From Candidatus Methanoperedenaceae archaeon (GTDB lineage: Archaea; Halobacteriota; Methanosarcinia; Methanosarcinales; Methanoperedenaceae), in the NCBI GenBank assembly GCA_963753595.1, contig CAVWCX010000023.1, positions 32,001 through 96,000 of the forward strand: 64,000 nt of DNA. Direction: 5' to 3'. Below the pieces are notes generated by a model. It made no database searches, had not been told where the DNA came from, and saw only the letters and a list, made by a program, of their open reading frames with translations. Shown here one piece after another: positions 1-9,230 of this stretch. The stretch's first letter is position 1. Every line of letters starts with the position of its first letter. A program made the translations under genes and the position numbers.

Positions 1-2006
1 ACAACACGCCTTCCGCTCTTGATCCGTACGGCGGCGCCATAACTGGTATTGTTGGCGTGAACCGCGATCCCCTGGGCACGGGGATCGGCGCCAGATTGAT
101 ATTTAACACGGATGTATTTTGTTTTGCATCGCCATTCTATGATAAAGAACTCCCTGCCCGGCTTCTTCACCCAAAAAGGATATTCGAAGGCGTAAGGCGC
201 GGAGTTGAACATGGCGGGAATAAATCCGGTATTCCCACAGTGAACGGATGTATCGTTTTTGATGAGCGATATCTTGGAAAACCTCTTGTATATTGCGGAA
301 CTGGCGGGATAATGCCTTCAATGATCAATGGAAAACCCTCCCACCTGAAGGAGATCCATAGTGGTGACCTTATAGTTATGACCGGGGGGCGCATCGGAAA
401 AGACGGTATCCACGGTGCTACATTCTCATCACTGCAACTTGATGAGGATTCACCCGTTACCGCGGTACAGATCGGTGACCCTATTACACAGAAAAAGATG
501 ATTGATTTCCTTCTTGAGGCGCGTGATAAGGCATTATATGGCTCTATAACAGATGACGGCGCAGGCGGCCTTTCTTCTTCAGTAGGAGAGATGGCGCAAC
601 TTTGCGGAGGATGCCTGATCGAACTTGATAAATGCCCCCTGAAATATCCGGGTCTTGATCCCTGGGAGATCCTTCTTTCCGAGTCACAGGAGAGAATGAC
701 GCTTGCTGTTTCTCCTGAAAAAATCGATGAATTCCTCTCTCTTGCTAAAATAAGAGATGTCGAAGCCACTGTTATTGGAACATTTACAGATTCCGGCAAA
801 TTCCATGTAAAATACGGAGAGAAAAATGTGGCTTACCTGGATATGGAGTTTTTGCATAATGGTCTTCCAACCCTGAAACTGAATGCGCGATGGATACAGC
901 GCAAGTTTGAAGAACCTGTGCTCGGTGTTGTGGATCTGACCGATGTCTTAAAAAATCTTCTTTCGCGCCTTAATATCTGTTCAAAAGAATATGTCATCAG
1001 GCAGTATGATCATGAAGTCCAGGCCGGATCTGTCATAAAACCTTTGACGGGAGACGGCCCGAGTGATGCTGCGGTTATCCGCCCGCTGCTTGACAGCATG
1101 GAGGGGGTTGTTGTTGCAAATGGCATCTGTCCGAGATACGGTGATATTGATACTTACCACATGACAGCCTGCGCCATCGATGAAGCCGTAAGAAATCACA
1201 TTGCAGTGGGCGGTTCGTTCGATCATCTTGCAGGCCTTGATAATTTCTGCTGGTGCGATCCTGAAAAATCAGACAAAACACCGGATGGTGAATATAAGCT
1301 CGCCCAGCTTGTGAGGGCCAACATGGCGTTGTATGATTACACGAAAGCATATGGAGTTCCCTGCATTTCCGGAAAGGACAGCATGAAGAACGACTACCAG
1401 ATCGGAGGGAGGAAGATATCCATTCCTCCAACTGTTCTTTTTTCAACGATAGGTAAAATAGAAGATGTGCGAAAAGCAGTGACAATGGACGTGAAGCATC
1501 CTGATGACAGGGTTTACGTTCTTGGAATGACAACAGATGAACTTGGAGCTTCGGAATATTACACCTCTCTCGGATTTATCGGGAACGATGTGCCAAGAGT
1601 GAATGCCGGTTCTGCAAGAAAATTATATATTGCTCTTGAAAAAGCGATCAATGATGGAGTTGTTGCCTCCTGCCATGACTGCTCTGACGGTGGTCTTGCC
1701 GTGGCGCTTGCTGAAAGTGCATTTTCCGGCGACCTTGGTATGACCATCGAGCTGACGAAAGTCCCTGTTGAGAACATCAAGCGGTCTGATACGATATTAT
1801 TCTCTGAATCCCAGAGCCGCTTTGTGGTCACAGTGGCGCCTGGAAATGTGAAAAGATTCGAGGCGCTAATGAAAGGAAATGTGTTCGCCGATGTTGGCGC
1901 TGTCACAGCGCAGCTTAATTTCACAGTGATGGACGGGGAGAAAGTGGTGCTGAGTGAAGGGATAGATGTGCTTAAGGATGCATGGCAGAAGACATTAAGA
2001 TGGTAA
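1..2006 (+). CDS. purL: Phosphoribosylformylglycinamidine synthase subunit PurL (5' end outside window)
   Basis: PurL motifs DGIHGATFSS, VQIGDPITQKK, DDGAGGLSSS, SESQERM, HDCSDGGLAVALAE, LFSESQSRFVV; frame open to the window start. Confidence 0.95.
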   Translation, partial: NTPSALDPYGGAITGIVGVNRDPLGTGIGARLIFNTDVFCFASPFYDKELPARLLHPKRIFEGVRRGVEHGGNKSGIPTVNGCIVFDERYLGKPLVYCGTGGIMPSMINGKPSHLKEIHSGDLIVMTGGRIGKDGIHGATFSSLQLDEDSPVTAVQIGDPITQKKMIDFLLEARDKALYGSITDDGAGGLSSSVGEMAQLCGGCLIELDKCPLKYPGLDPWEILLSESQERMTLAVSPEKIDEFLSLAKIRDVEATVIGTFTDSGKFHVKYGEKNVAYLDMEFLHNGLPTLKLNARWIQRKFEEPVLGVVDLTDVLKNLLSRLNICSKEYVIRQYDHEVQAGSVIKPLTGDGPSDAAVIRPLLDSMEGVVVANGICPRYGDIDTYHMTACAIDEAVRNHIAVGGSFDHLAGLDNFCWCDPEKSDKTPDGEYKLAQLVRANMALYDYTKAYGVPCISGKDSMKNDYQIGGRKISIPPTVLFSTIGKIEDVRKAVTMDVKHPDDRVYVLGMTTDELGASEYYTSLGFIGNDVPRVNAGSARKLYIALEKAINDGVVASCHDCSDGGLAVALAESAFSGDLGMTIELTKVPVENIKRSDTILFSESQSRFVVTVAPGNVKRFEALMKGNVFADVGAVTAQLNFTVMDGEKVVLSEGIDVLKDAWQKTLRW

Positions 2007-2106
2007 GTAATATTATGGTAATATTGACCAAATTATTAGCAGTTTATTATGGGAAAGGTCTTTAAACGACAATATTAAAATACATGTTGTAATTATATAC
2101 ATACAC

Positions 2107-2376
2107 ATGGAGAATGCATCAGTAACAGCCCGCCTGACGGGCAAAGAGATCAAGAAAATCGATTCACTGGTAACAGCGGGCCTATATACCACACGTTCCG
2201 ATTTCCTGCGCCATGCTGCCATGCATTTATTGCGGGAAGAAGCGCCTGAAATTCCAGACCTTTTCTTGAGAATGCATGAACAGGCGAATCAGAAACAGAT
2301 TACAAAAGATAAAATGTTAAAGGATATACGCAATGTTCGCCATGGCCTCTACAGGGAGACCTTCGGTGATGATTAA
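2107..2376 (+). CDS. Ribbon-helix-helix (CopG/Arc-like) antitoxin
   Basis: VTARL..E.KKIDSLV..G.Y.TRSDFLR.A is an RHH pattern; overlaps the downstream PIN gene. Confidence 0.75.
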   Translation: MENASVTARLTGKEIKKIDSLVTAGLYTTRSDFLRHAAMHLLREEAPEIPDLFLRMHEQANQKQITKDKMLKDIRNVRHGLYRETFGDD

Positions 2377-2818
2377 GCTCTTCCTCGATACAAATATCCT
2401 GCTTAGTTCATTGATTTCAGATAGAAAAGCGCATATCTTTTGCCTGTCTATTTTACTCCAGAATAATATCGCGTTTGTGACAAACGAATATGTTCTCAAG
2501 GAAGCGAGGAAGATCCTGGAGGAAGTTTATTTCTTAGATCAGGAAGATGTTAATCGATTTATCGAATTTCTCAGGGCTAAAATGGAAATCGTCAAGACCC
2601 CGTCAAAGGAAGAAATCAAGAAAATCAATTCAAAGGATAAATCAGACCGGCCAATTATATCTTCCGCACAAAAACATCGATGCGTTTTGATCACTGACGA
2701 TATGCCGACAAGGAACGACGCAGGAAAATATGTTTTAGCTCTTGGATCAACGGAAGCAATTGATTTTTTCAATATGCGACTGGCAAAGGAACCTTTCAAG
2801 TATGAAACAAGACGTTAA
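2369..2818 (+). CDS. PIN-domain toxin (PIN_3-like)
   Basis: LFLDTNILLS, E..E, DKSDRPII, LITDD acidic PIN tetrad; ATG at 2369 overlaps the antitoxin end. Confidence 0.85.
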   Translation: MIKLFLDTNILLSSLISDRKAHIFCLSILLQNNIAFVTNEYVLKEARKILEEVYFLDQEDVNRFIEFLRAKMEIVKTPSKEEIKKINSKDKSDRPIISSAQKHRCVLITDDMPTRNDAGKYVLALGSTEAIDFFNMRLAKEPFKYETRR

Positions 2819-2872
2819 GATGGCAATCGAATGTATTTTTTCTTATTTAAATAAAACGAACCATGCCCGATC

Positions 2873-3457
2873 TTATTTCACCCATACCACTTCAGGCTCT
2901 TTCCTTTCAGGGAGCTCTGAGCTGCCTTTCGGATACCCGAATATCAATGGCGCGACAATGATATAACCCTCAGGTGCGCCAAGTTCTTTAAGGAGTTCTT
3001 CATCCATCAGGGCGCGCTGGACGCCCCCTATCCAGCAGCTTCCGATGCCAATGGAATGGGCAGCAAGCATCATAGTCTGGGCGGCCATCGCGCAATCATA
3101 AGCTGCAGTGGGTGCTTTATTATTTCCAAGGATTATTACCATCAAAGGCGCGTTATAGAACATATCTGAGCCATCTGTTTTAAGAAATGCAAGGAAATCA
3201 GCCGCTGCTTGTGATGTGGTTTTAAATTGTTCCAGCAACGGGATCATGGATTTTTTCCCGGATTCAGAAAGCCGATGCAAAACATCTTTATTTTTTATCA
3301 CCAAAAAACCCCATGGCTGCATATTCATTCCTGAAGGAGCAAAACCTGCGCAATCAATGAGGAATTTAATATCGTCATCAGGGATCTGGTCCTTATTGTA
3401 CCAACGGACACATCGCCGTGTTTTTATTATTTCAATAACATCTTTCATATGGCTCAC
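2873..3457 (-). CDS. Nitroreductase family protein
   Basis: IKTRRCVR, APSGMNMQPWGFLVI, MLAAHSIGIGSCWIG, FGYP. Confidence 0.9.
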   Translation of the reverse strand: MSHMKDVIEIIKTRRCVRWYNKDQIPDDDIKFLIDCAGFAPSGMNMQPWGFLVIKNKDVLHRLSESGKKSMIPLLEQFKTTSQAAADFLAFLKTDGSDMFYNAPLMVIILGNNKAPTAAYDCAMAAQTMMLAAHSIGIGSCWIGGVQRALMDEELLKELGAPEGYIIVAPLIFGYPKGSSELPERKEPEVVWVK

Positions 3458-3539
3458 CTTTGAATGTCCTTATTAGAATAGATTTCCAAATAATATAAAG
3501 AATTTCAGTAAAAAAAGAAAAGGGGAATTCACCCCCTGT

Positions 3540-4433
3540 TTAAATGAGGTCTTTGAGATAAAATTTATGCGGGCCCAGCGTACCGCCATAGTTCCCTGCG
3601 CTTATCTTTTTGACACCAGGGACTCTTACAGCTGCTGCTATACCGGCTTTCATAGATCTGCTTATTGAATCTGCGTCAAGGCCATTGATAACGATCTCAT
3701 ATATTGCATTTACATCAGCAGGCACATTTGTATCTTTTATCTTTGCTTTTATTGAAGGGCTGAATTTTTCATTGGTTGTTGCCTTCATGAATTTATAATT
3801 TGTAAATCCAACTTTTGATCCGCTTGCCACGACACCGCCGGGGAAAGGAGTGATCGTACCCGTCTGCATCATTATTGCATCAACCGCATTTTCAGCTGCT
3901 GCAAGAGCCGTCATCTGTGTATCTGCCATAATAAAGAAATTGCCGCCAGCAATACCTTCCTGCGCTCCGATACCATGCTCAGTAATGAAGTCCCCCTGCA
4001 TCATGGGGATCTTATATGCTTTTCTTCCACCAATATTGGTTTCTGATTCAAATCCATCACCAAAGAATTTGAGCTTGAATCCCGTATCAAATTGCTTCTC
4101 GGCATTCGGAAGCCCATTCCACATTGCAGCAGTTGGGGCGGTCAGGACGCACTGGCCGAGACGTTTCAATAATTGCTCTTCAAGGCTCTTATATCCAAAT
4201 GTGCATATATAAATATACACACCAGGCCTGCCGTCAGGTGTCTCGCTGCCATCCACAACTTTTTCAATGCCGGCTTCAGCAGGACACATAATTACAGAGG
4301 TTCCAAATCCTGTTGCTTCCTGTGCCGCAACCATTGCCCACCGCCGTGTTGCGCCTGTGATCAATACTCTAGCTATCTTTATCGGAAATGCTTCCGCGAA
4401 TGTATCTTCTATCTCTACTCCATTGAGTTCCAT
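3540..4433 (-). CDS. ftr: Formylmethanofuran--tetrahydromethanopterin N-formyltransferase
   Basis: MELNGVEIEDTFAEAF, ATGFGTSVIMCPAEAG, TPDGRPG, GGVVASGSKVG, ISAGNYGG; canonical start at 4433. Confidence 0.95.
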   Translation of the reverse strand: MELNGVEIEDTFAEAFPIKIARVLITGATRRWAMVAAQEATGFGTSVIMCPAEAGIEKVVDGSETPDGRPGVYIYICTFGYKSLEEQLLKRLGQCVLTAPTAAMWNGLPNAEKQFDTGFKLKFFGDGFESETNIGGRKAYKIPMMQGDFITEHGIGAQEGIAGGNFFIMADTQMTALAAAENAVDAIMMQTGTITPFPGGVVASGSKVGFTNYKFMKATTNEKFSPSIKAKIKDTNVPADVNAIYEIVINGLDADSISRSMKAGIAAAVRVPGVKKISAGNYGGTLGPHKFYLKDLI

Positions 4434-4569
4434 AAAATATCCCTCACATGATGAACCCAAAAATATCCATTACGGGTCATCAAACAATCCGTTATTTTTA
4501 TTGTAGTACCTAATATATGCTTCGAAATGTTTCGAAAGCTTGAAAAAAAAGAGACGTTTTTTTTGTTTT

Positions 4570-4845
4570 TTAATGCATCATTTCATCCACAGCGCGGGTT
4601 GCAAGTTCCTGCATTCGCACCTGTGTTCTTCCCGGTCCTGAGAATTCATCAAGAGTCATCACAGAAGCTATTTCCTTACCAAGGATGAAGATCGCATGTT
4701 TGTGTTCAGCTTTGCTTCGATGCACATGTATGGGGCTTATCTGAAGGGACTGGTATTGGACAAATTCTCCATGGCCATTTTCCTCAAAAAACTTCTTCAT
4801 TTGCACCATTAGTGTATGTAGCTGGATCAACTCTTCTTTGTGTAT
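4570..4845 (-). CDS. UPF0058 family protein, probable ATA start
   Basis: HKEELIQLH...YQSLQISPIHVHRSKAEHKHAIFILG; GGAGG 7 nt upstream of an in-frame ATA. Confidence 0.8.
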   Translation of the reverse strand: MHKEELIQLHTLMVQMKKFFEENGHGEFVQYQSLQISPIHVHRSKAEHKHAIFILGKEIASVMTLDEFSGPGRTQVRMQELATRAVDEMMH

Positions 4846-5032
4846 AAAACCGCCTCCTATCTGTGTTTAGCTGTTTACTGCTGTGCAGTAATTCTAATCT
4901 AGTCACATCAATTCGATACTAAAACGATTTTGCTAGGAAATGTCCTTCCTATATTTTACAATTAAAGTTTACGATTTAATCATCATGATTCATAATGATT
5001 AAATCATTTAAAAATATTTTTTGGTTCATGGT

Positions 5033-5527
5033 TCAGGGATTCACGATGATTTTCTGGTGATCCTCGCGCGGGAACTCTTTTAAAAATACTTCATATTCTC
5101 CTGGTTGGGTAAATGTATAATTGAATGCCCTATACTTGTACTTCAAAAAGGAGCTTGAATTGTCCCATAAGCCTTCTTTGCTTACGATAGTAAGATAGTA
5201 ACCTGCATCTGTGGCACTTATCCATTTGACTGTATCGCCTGCATTTATTGAAAGTGTATGATTTGTATAATTTGATGAACCATTTCTTACGGTTACCTTG
5301 CGAAACCCGTATAACTCATCGACATCAGAAATATATACTGCCTGCGTTCTGGCGATTGTCGGGATTGGGGTTGGTTGTGTTGTTGTCTGAACCGCAGTCG
5401 GCGCTGGAGTCGGTGTAGCGCTCGGCGTTGCTGTCGGGACTGGAGTCACGCCAGTTTTTTCGTCAATACATCCAAGGAAAATCAAAGATAATACCATAAT
5501 AAATATTGAAATAATTTTAAAGTCCAT
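5033..5527 (-). CDS. Putative lipoprotein with Pro/Thr linker and cupredoxin-like beta domain
   Basis: Signal ending FLGC; PT-rich linker; LSINAGDTVKW and FNYTFTQPGEY; canonical Cu ligands not evident. Confidence 0.6.
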   Translation of the reverse strand: MDFKIISIFIMVLSLIFLGCIDEKTGVTPVPTATPSATPTPAPTAVQTTTQPTPIPTIARTQAVYISDVDELYGFRKVTVRNGSSNYTNHTLSINAGDTVKWISATDAGYYLTIVSKEGLWDNSSSFLKYKYRAFNYTFTQPGEYEVFLKEFPREDHQKIIVNP

Positions 5528-5638
5528 TTACCTCACCTATAGCACAAATGGATTAAGATATAAATAATATTATCGATTTGTTCTCTGATAGTGATTTATA
5601 ATATGGGTTTATTATTGATGCTTTCCATCAGACAATGA

Positions 5639-6865
5639 ATGGATAATGAGCCCATGAATGAAAAGAAGTGGATATATGAAGAGATCGTTGGCAGGATACC
5701 TCCTTTTTCTCTAATCTCCTATAAATACAGCATCCTCCTCCAATTATTATTGCTTCTTGTTATCGGCATAATCCTCGGTTTTATCTTTGACCTTGGGAAA
5801 ATTTCCCTGCTATACGGCTCACTTGCCATCCTTGTCGCAGTATCATGGAGTCTTCTGATCCTGCAACTTGCGCCAACACTTCGTAAATTCAGGGCCCCGT
5901 TAAGCAAGGATGAAAATGAATTGCTTGAGAGATATAAAGGGATACTTTTCCATAAAAATCATTATGAAGCTGTGCCAGGGCTGGCAATTTTCATCCCATT
6001 CATGATATATCTTATTTATTTTGGGACGGATTTGCTGGATATGTGGCTTGGTATATATCATCACCCGATATTATTATTGTTCGTAAGTCTCCTTATATGG
6101 GATATTTGCTACAGGATGGGACTCGGGTTATGGACATCAGTCCTTGCTTTATGGAGATCAATAAGACTTAAAAAACTCGCGGAAAAAAGAAGTGAACTTG
6201 AACATACCCCTTATACTGAACTTCGATACTTACAAAAACTTGATATCAATAATGTCTTTTTCGGACTCATTTCCCTTCTTTTATTGCCCCTTTTCAAAAC
6301 AGATCATTTTTTGGTCATGATCACGCTGGTTTTCATGGGTTTTGTAACACTGACCTCGCTTTTCTCAGCATATATAATCTCTAAAGTTCCATGGCTTCCC
6401 CCCGATATCTATAATCTTGTAAATGAGTCAAGTTTTGCATATATCGGCACTTCCCTGAAAGGAAAAACCCATGTAACGCCAGTTGTTTATGTTTTTGACG
6501 GGCAAAAAATCCTGTTCAATACTTCAAAAGAAGCAAAAAAATTAAAGATAATGCAGGAAAACAACAAGGTCGCTTTCCTGATAGATAAAAGGGATATGAG
6601 TAATATATATGAAAACAAGGCAGTCCTTTTTACCGGAGAAGTCAAAATCTATGGCATAATGGATATTCCAATTCATTTTATCCATATGCTCAGGGCTCTT
6701 TCCCTATTTATGAAAAAATATCCTGAATATACAAAAAAATATTCAACTTCAGAATTGCCAAAAGCATGGCAACTGACACCAATTATTGCAAGGATACTTG
6801 TGGAAGTAAAGCCCGTAAAAATAATCTATTGGAGAGGCGCAAAACAAATAAGTGTGCCGGTGTAA
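5639..6865 (+). CDS. Multi-pass membrane protein fused to a C-terminal PNPOx-like (flavin/F420-binding split barrel) domain
   Basis: About 6 hydrophobic segments, then AYIGT..GKTHVTPVVYVFDG..ILFNT...KKLK..ENNKVAFLID. Confidence 0.7.
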   Translation: MDNEPMNEKKWIYEEIVGRIPPFSLISYKYSILLQLLLLLVIGIILGFIFDLGKISLLYGSLAILVAVSWSLLILQLAPTLRKFRAPLSKDENELLERYKGILFHKNHYEAVPGLAIFIPFMIYLIYFGTDLLDMWLGIYHHPILLLFVSLLIWDICYRMGLGLWTSVLALWRSIRLKKLAEKRSELEHTPYTELRYLQKLDINNVFFGLISLLLLPLFKTDHFLVMITLVFMGFVTLTSLFSAYIISKVPWLPPDIYNLVNESSFAYIGTSLKGKTHVTPVVYVFDGQKILFNTSKEAKKLKIMQENNKVAFLIDKRDMSNIYENKAVLFTGEVKIYGIMDIPIHFIHMLRALSLFMKKYPEYTKKYSTSELPKAWQLTPIIARILVEVKPVKIIYWRGAKQISVPV

Positions 6866-6867
6866 AT

Positions 6868-7344
6868 ATGCGGATCCCTGAGGAAATACGAAATATCCTG
6901 TATGGCAATTATTTCGGTTATGTATGCACAAGCGATAAAAATGACCAGCCGCATCTGACCCCGGTTTTTTTCGTATACGATGAGAATTCCCAGAAACTTT
7001 TCTTCATAACAAATGATGGATCGAAAAAGGTCAAAAACCTGTCTGAAAATCCCAATATCAGTATTACTATCGATATCCGGGATCCTGTAAATCCTTTCAA
7101 TAATGAGGGTGTTATGGCCCAGGGTAATGCAACAATTACAGATAAAGCTCCAATTTATTTCCTGTCTGAAGAAACCCTGGAATTATACTATGACATCTAC
7201 CAGGAATTTAAAAGCAAATACAAGAAAGTAATAGAGAATAAGCCCCTTGGTGAGAACGATGTGATCGTACAGATAAATGTTGAGAAAATAGTTTATTGGA
7301 AAGGACCACATTTCAAATCATTGAAATTCAAAAAAGACGAATGA
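6868..7344 (+). CDS. Pyridoxamine 5'-phosphate oxidase-like protein
   Basis: GYVCTSDKNDQPHLTPVFFVYD, SKKVKNLSENPNISITID; ATG at 6868, 2 nt after the upstream stop. Confidence 0.8.
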   Translation: MRIPEEIRNILYGNYFGYVCTSDKNDQPHLTPVFFVYDENSQKLFFITNDGSKKVKNLSENPNISITIDIRDPVNPFNNEGVMAQGNATITDKAPIYFLSEETLELYYDIYQEFKSKYKKVIENKPLGENDVIVQINVEKIVYWKGPHFKSLKFKKDE

Positions 7345-7358
7345 AAATCCTGATGTTT

Positions 7359-7979
7359 TCATTTTGATGAACCGGATTCTTTTGACCTCTTAGGGTTCTT
7401 GCCGCTTCGGCCTGCTTTTTTCAACCTGAGGTTTTGATCCATGATCTCCATAAATATCTTTTTTCTCATCATTTCGTTCTGGTTTTCAAGAAGTGCTTTT
7501 TCAAGCTCCTTTATCCTTTCCTTGAGTCCCCTGATTTCTGAATACTTTTCTTCCAGTTCCTGCTCAAGGTTATTGATAGTGACTTCGCGGCGGTGTATAC
7601 TGATCTCCATCTTCTTTTTTTCAACCGGATGAATATGTTCTGATGGCTTCATCTGGATTTTTTTTTCAATATCAGGCCTTGCCTTGCCTGAAAAAGGAAC
7701 ATTTAAAAGAGAATCCTCTATATCCTGACCTGTCAGCTTCTCAATAAAAAGCCTTGATATTCGCTGTTCTTCGGCAGAAAGGGTCCATGAAGCCCCTTTG
7801 TAGCGTTTCTCCAGACTTGCTATATCGAGCAGTTTTTCAGCTGCTGAACCACTGATCCAGCCTATGCTCTGATAGTAATTAAAAAGTCTCGGGAGATTAT
7901 TATGCCCGACCCTCTCGATAAGGAATTTAAGCCACTTTCGCTGGGTTTCGATTGTTGCGTCAGTAAGTTGTTCCAGCAT
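7359..7979 (-). CDS. ArlD/E (FlaD/E)-domain protein with C-terminal coiled coil
   Basis: WLKFLIERVGHNNLPRLFNYYQSIGWIS...W.LSAEEQRISRLFIEKL matches the FlaD/E domain, also seen in 38661-39842; heptad-rich, basic C-terminus. Confidence 0.75.
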   Translation of the reverse strand: MLEQLTDATIETQRKWLKFLIERVGHNNLPRLFNYYQSIGWISGSAAEKLLDIASLEKRYKGASWTLSAEEQRISRLFIEKLTGQDIEDSLLNVPFSGKARPDIEKKIQMKPSEHIHPVEKKKMEISIHRREVTINNLEQELEEKYSEIRGLKERIKELEKALLENQNEMMRKKIFMEIMDQNLRLKKAGRSGKNPKRSKESGSSK

Positions 7980-9035
7980 CTATGCAGTTTGCCAGAATTC
8001 AGGTGGCATATCCTGTGCCAGTTTCAGGGCACCATTAGCGCCGCTAAAAACCGGGTCTGTATCTTTGAAGACCTTTCCACCATCTATTAACTCAAGTTCT
8101 TTTCCCAGAATAACATCAATGTTCCTGATCAGGCTTCCTCCGCCTGCAATCCAGATATTATTGCGCAGATATTCCTGGAAGTCAGGATCATATGTGGATA
8201 TCAGTTTGGATATGCCGGACATTATATCCGGAATAATGGATTCACATGCCGTTCTTATCTCTTTTGTAATTGATAATTTAAGTATGGAAGAATCAACAGG
8301 TACATCAACAATAATTTCTTGTTCAGGCTCACCCACGAATGAACTCTGTTCTTTCCATTTTTTTGCTACTTCATTTGTTACCCTGACATTGGTATATTCT
8401 TCGGAGATCAGCCTTACTAATTCAGAATCAATATAATCACCGGCTTTATTACTGCTTATCTGGTCATCCGGTTCCGGAAGTGTACCATGTACCCTGCATA
8501 TATCCGTGGTCCCTGCCCCTATATCGACGACCAGGGTATGTTCCAGTTCTCCGAGGTTATATGCGACACAAAAAGGTTCGCTTGCAACCATTACCCCATC
8601 AAAGAAACCCTTTGCCATTTCTGTAATGATCTTTTTATTAAGTACGCTGGCCTGGGATGGGACTCCTATAATTGCATATTTTTTTACATCGCGGTTGGCA
8701 TCCACAAGCCCCATTACATATTGAAGCAGGCCTTTTGCGGCTTCAAGGTCCTCTCTCTGGTTCTTTAATAACCCGGACTCGATGGGTTTGAACATATTAA
8801 GCGCAACCCTGTGTTTTAATGCTTCATCACCATACAGGCGCTCTTTCTTCAGGAATTTTGATGCTACTGCATCTCTTGGGATACCCACAATGCTGAGAAT
8901 GCTCTTTTTCTTTCCGTCGCTCGTTGATATTGCAGTGTGGTTTGTTCCAAGGTCAATTCCTATATATAATGTCTTATTTTCTTTTGTCCGGGTTGCACCC
9001 CTTTTTTCAATTTGTGTTTTATTCTTAGTTGCCAA
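7980..9035 (-). CDS. Actin-like ATPase, MamK-like (MreB/Mbl superfamily)
   Basis: Phosphate1 IGIDLGT, connect1 VASEPFCVAY, phosphate2 VVDIGAGTTD, adenosine IAGGGS; MamK-type PEPDDQ and ALKLAQDMPPEFW; TTG start after GAGGGA. Confidence 0.85.
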   Translation of the reverse strand: MATKNKTQIEKRGATRTKENKTLYIGIDLGTNHTAISTSDGKKKSILSIVGIPRDAVASKFLKKERLYGDEALKHRVALNMFKPIESGLLKNQREDLEAAKGLLQYVMGLVDANRDVKKYAIIGVPSQASVLNKKIITEMAKGFFDGVMVASEPFCVAYNLGELEHTLVVDIGAGTTDICRVHGTLPEPDDQISSNKAGDYIDSELVRLISEEYTNVRVTNEVAKKWKEQSSFVGEPEQEIIVDVPVDSSILKLSITKEIRTACESIIPDIMSGISKLISTYDPDFQEYLRNNIWIAGGGSLIRNIDVILGKELELIDGGKVFKDTDPVFSGANGALKLAQDMPPEFWQTA

Positions 9036-9230
9036 AAGTATCCCTCATGATAATCATACAGATTATACAAATGCATTACTAAAATATATAGTTTACCTAA
9101 CATTTTATACATTTTGTCTGAAAAAAAGTCTGATTTTGGTTTTTTTGGTATGCATAATACAGGGAATTATCGGAAAAAAATCAACGTATTATATCAATAA
9201 TGTTGCCCGATGAACTATTAATAACTCATT

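Noticed and set aside
4521-4536. TTCGAAA-TG-TTTCGAA palindrome upstream of ftr
   Set aside because: Plausible operator but single occurrence with no supporting copy in the window
7980-9035. Magnetosome gene cluster
   Set aside because: Only the MamK-like actin is present; no mamA/B/E/M/Q-like genes in the window
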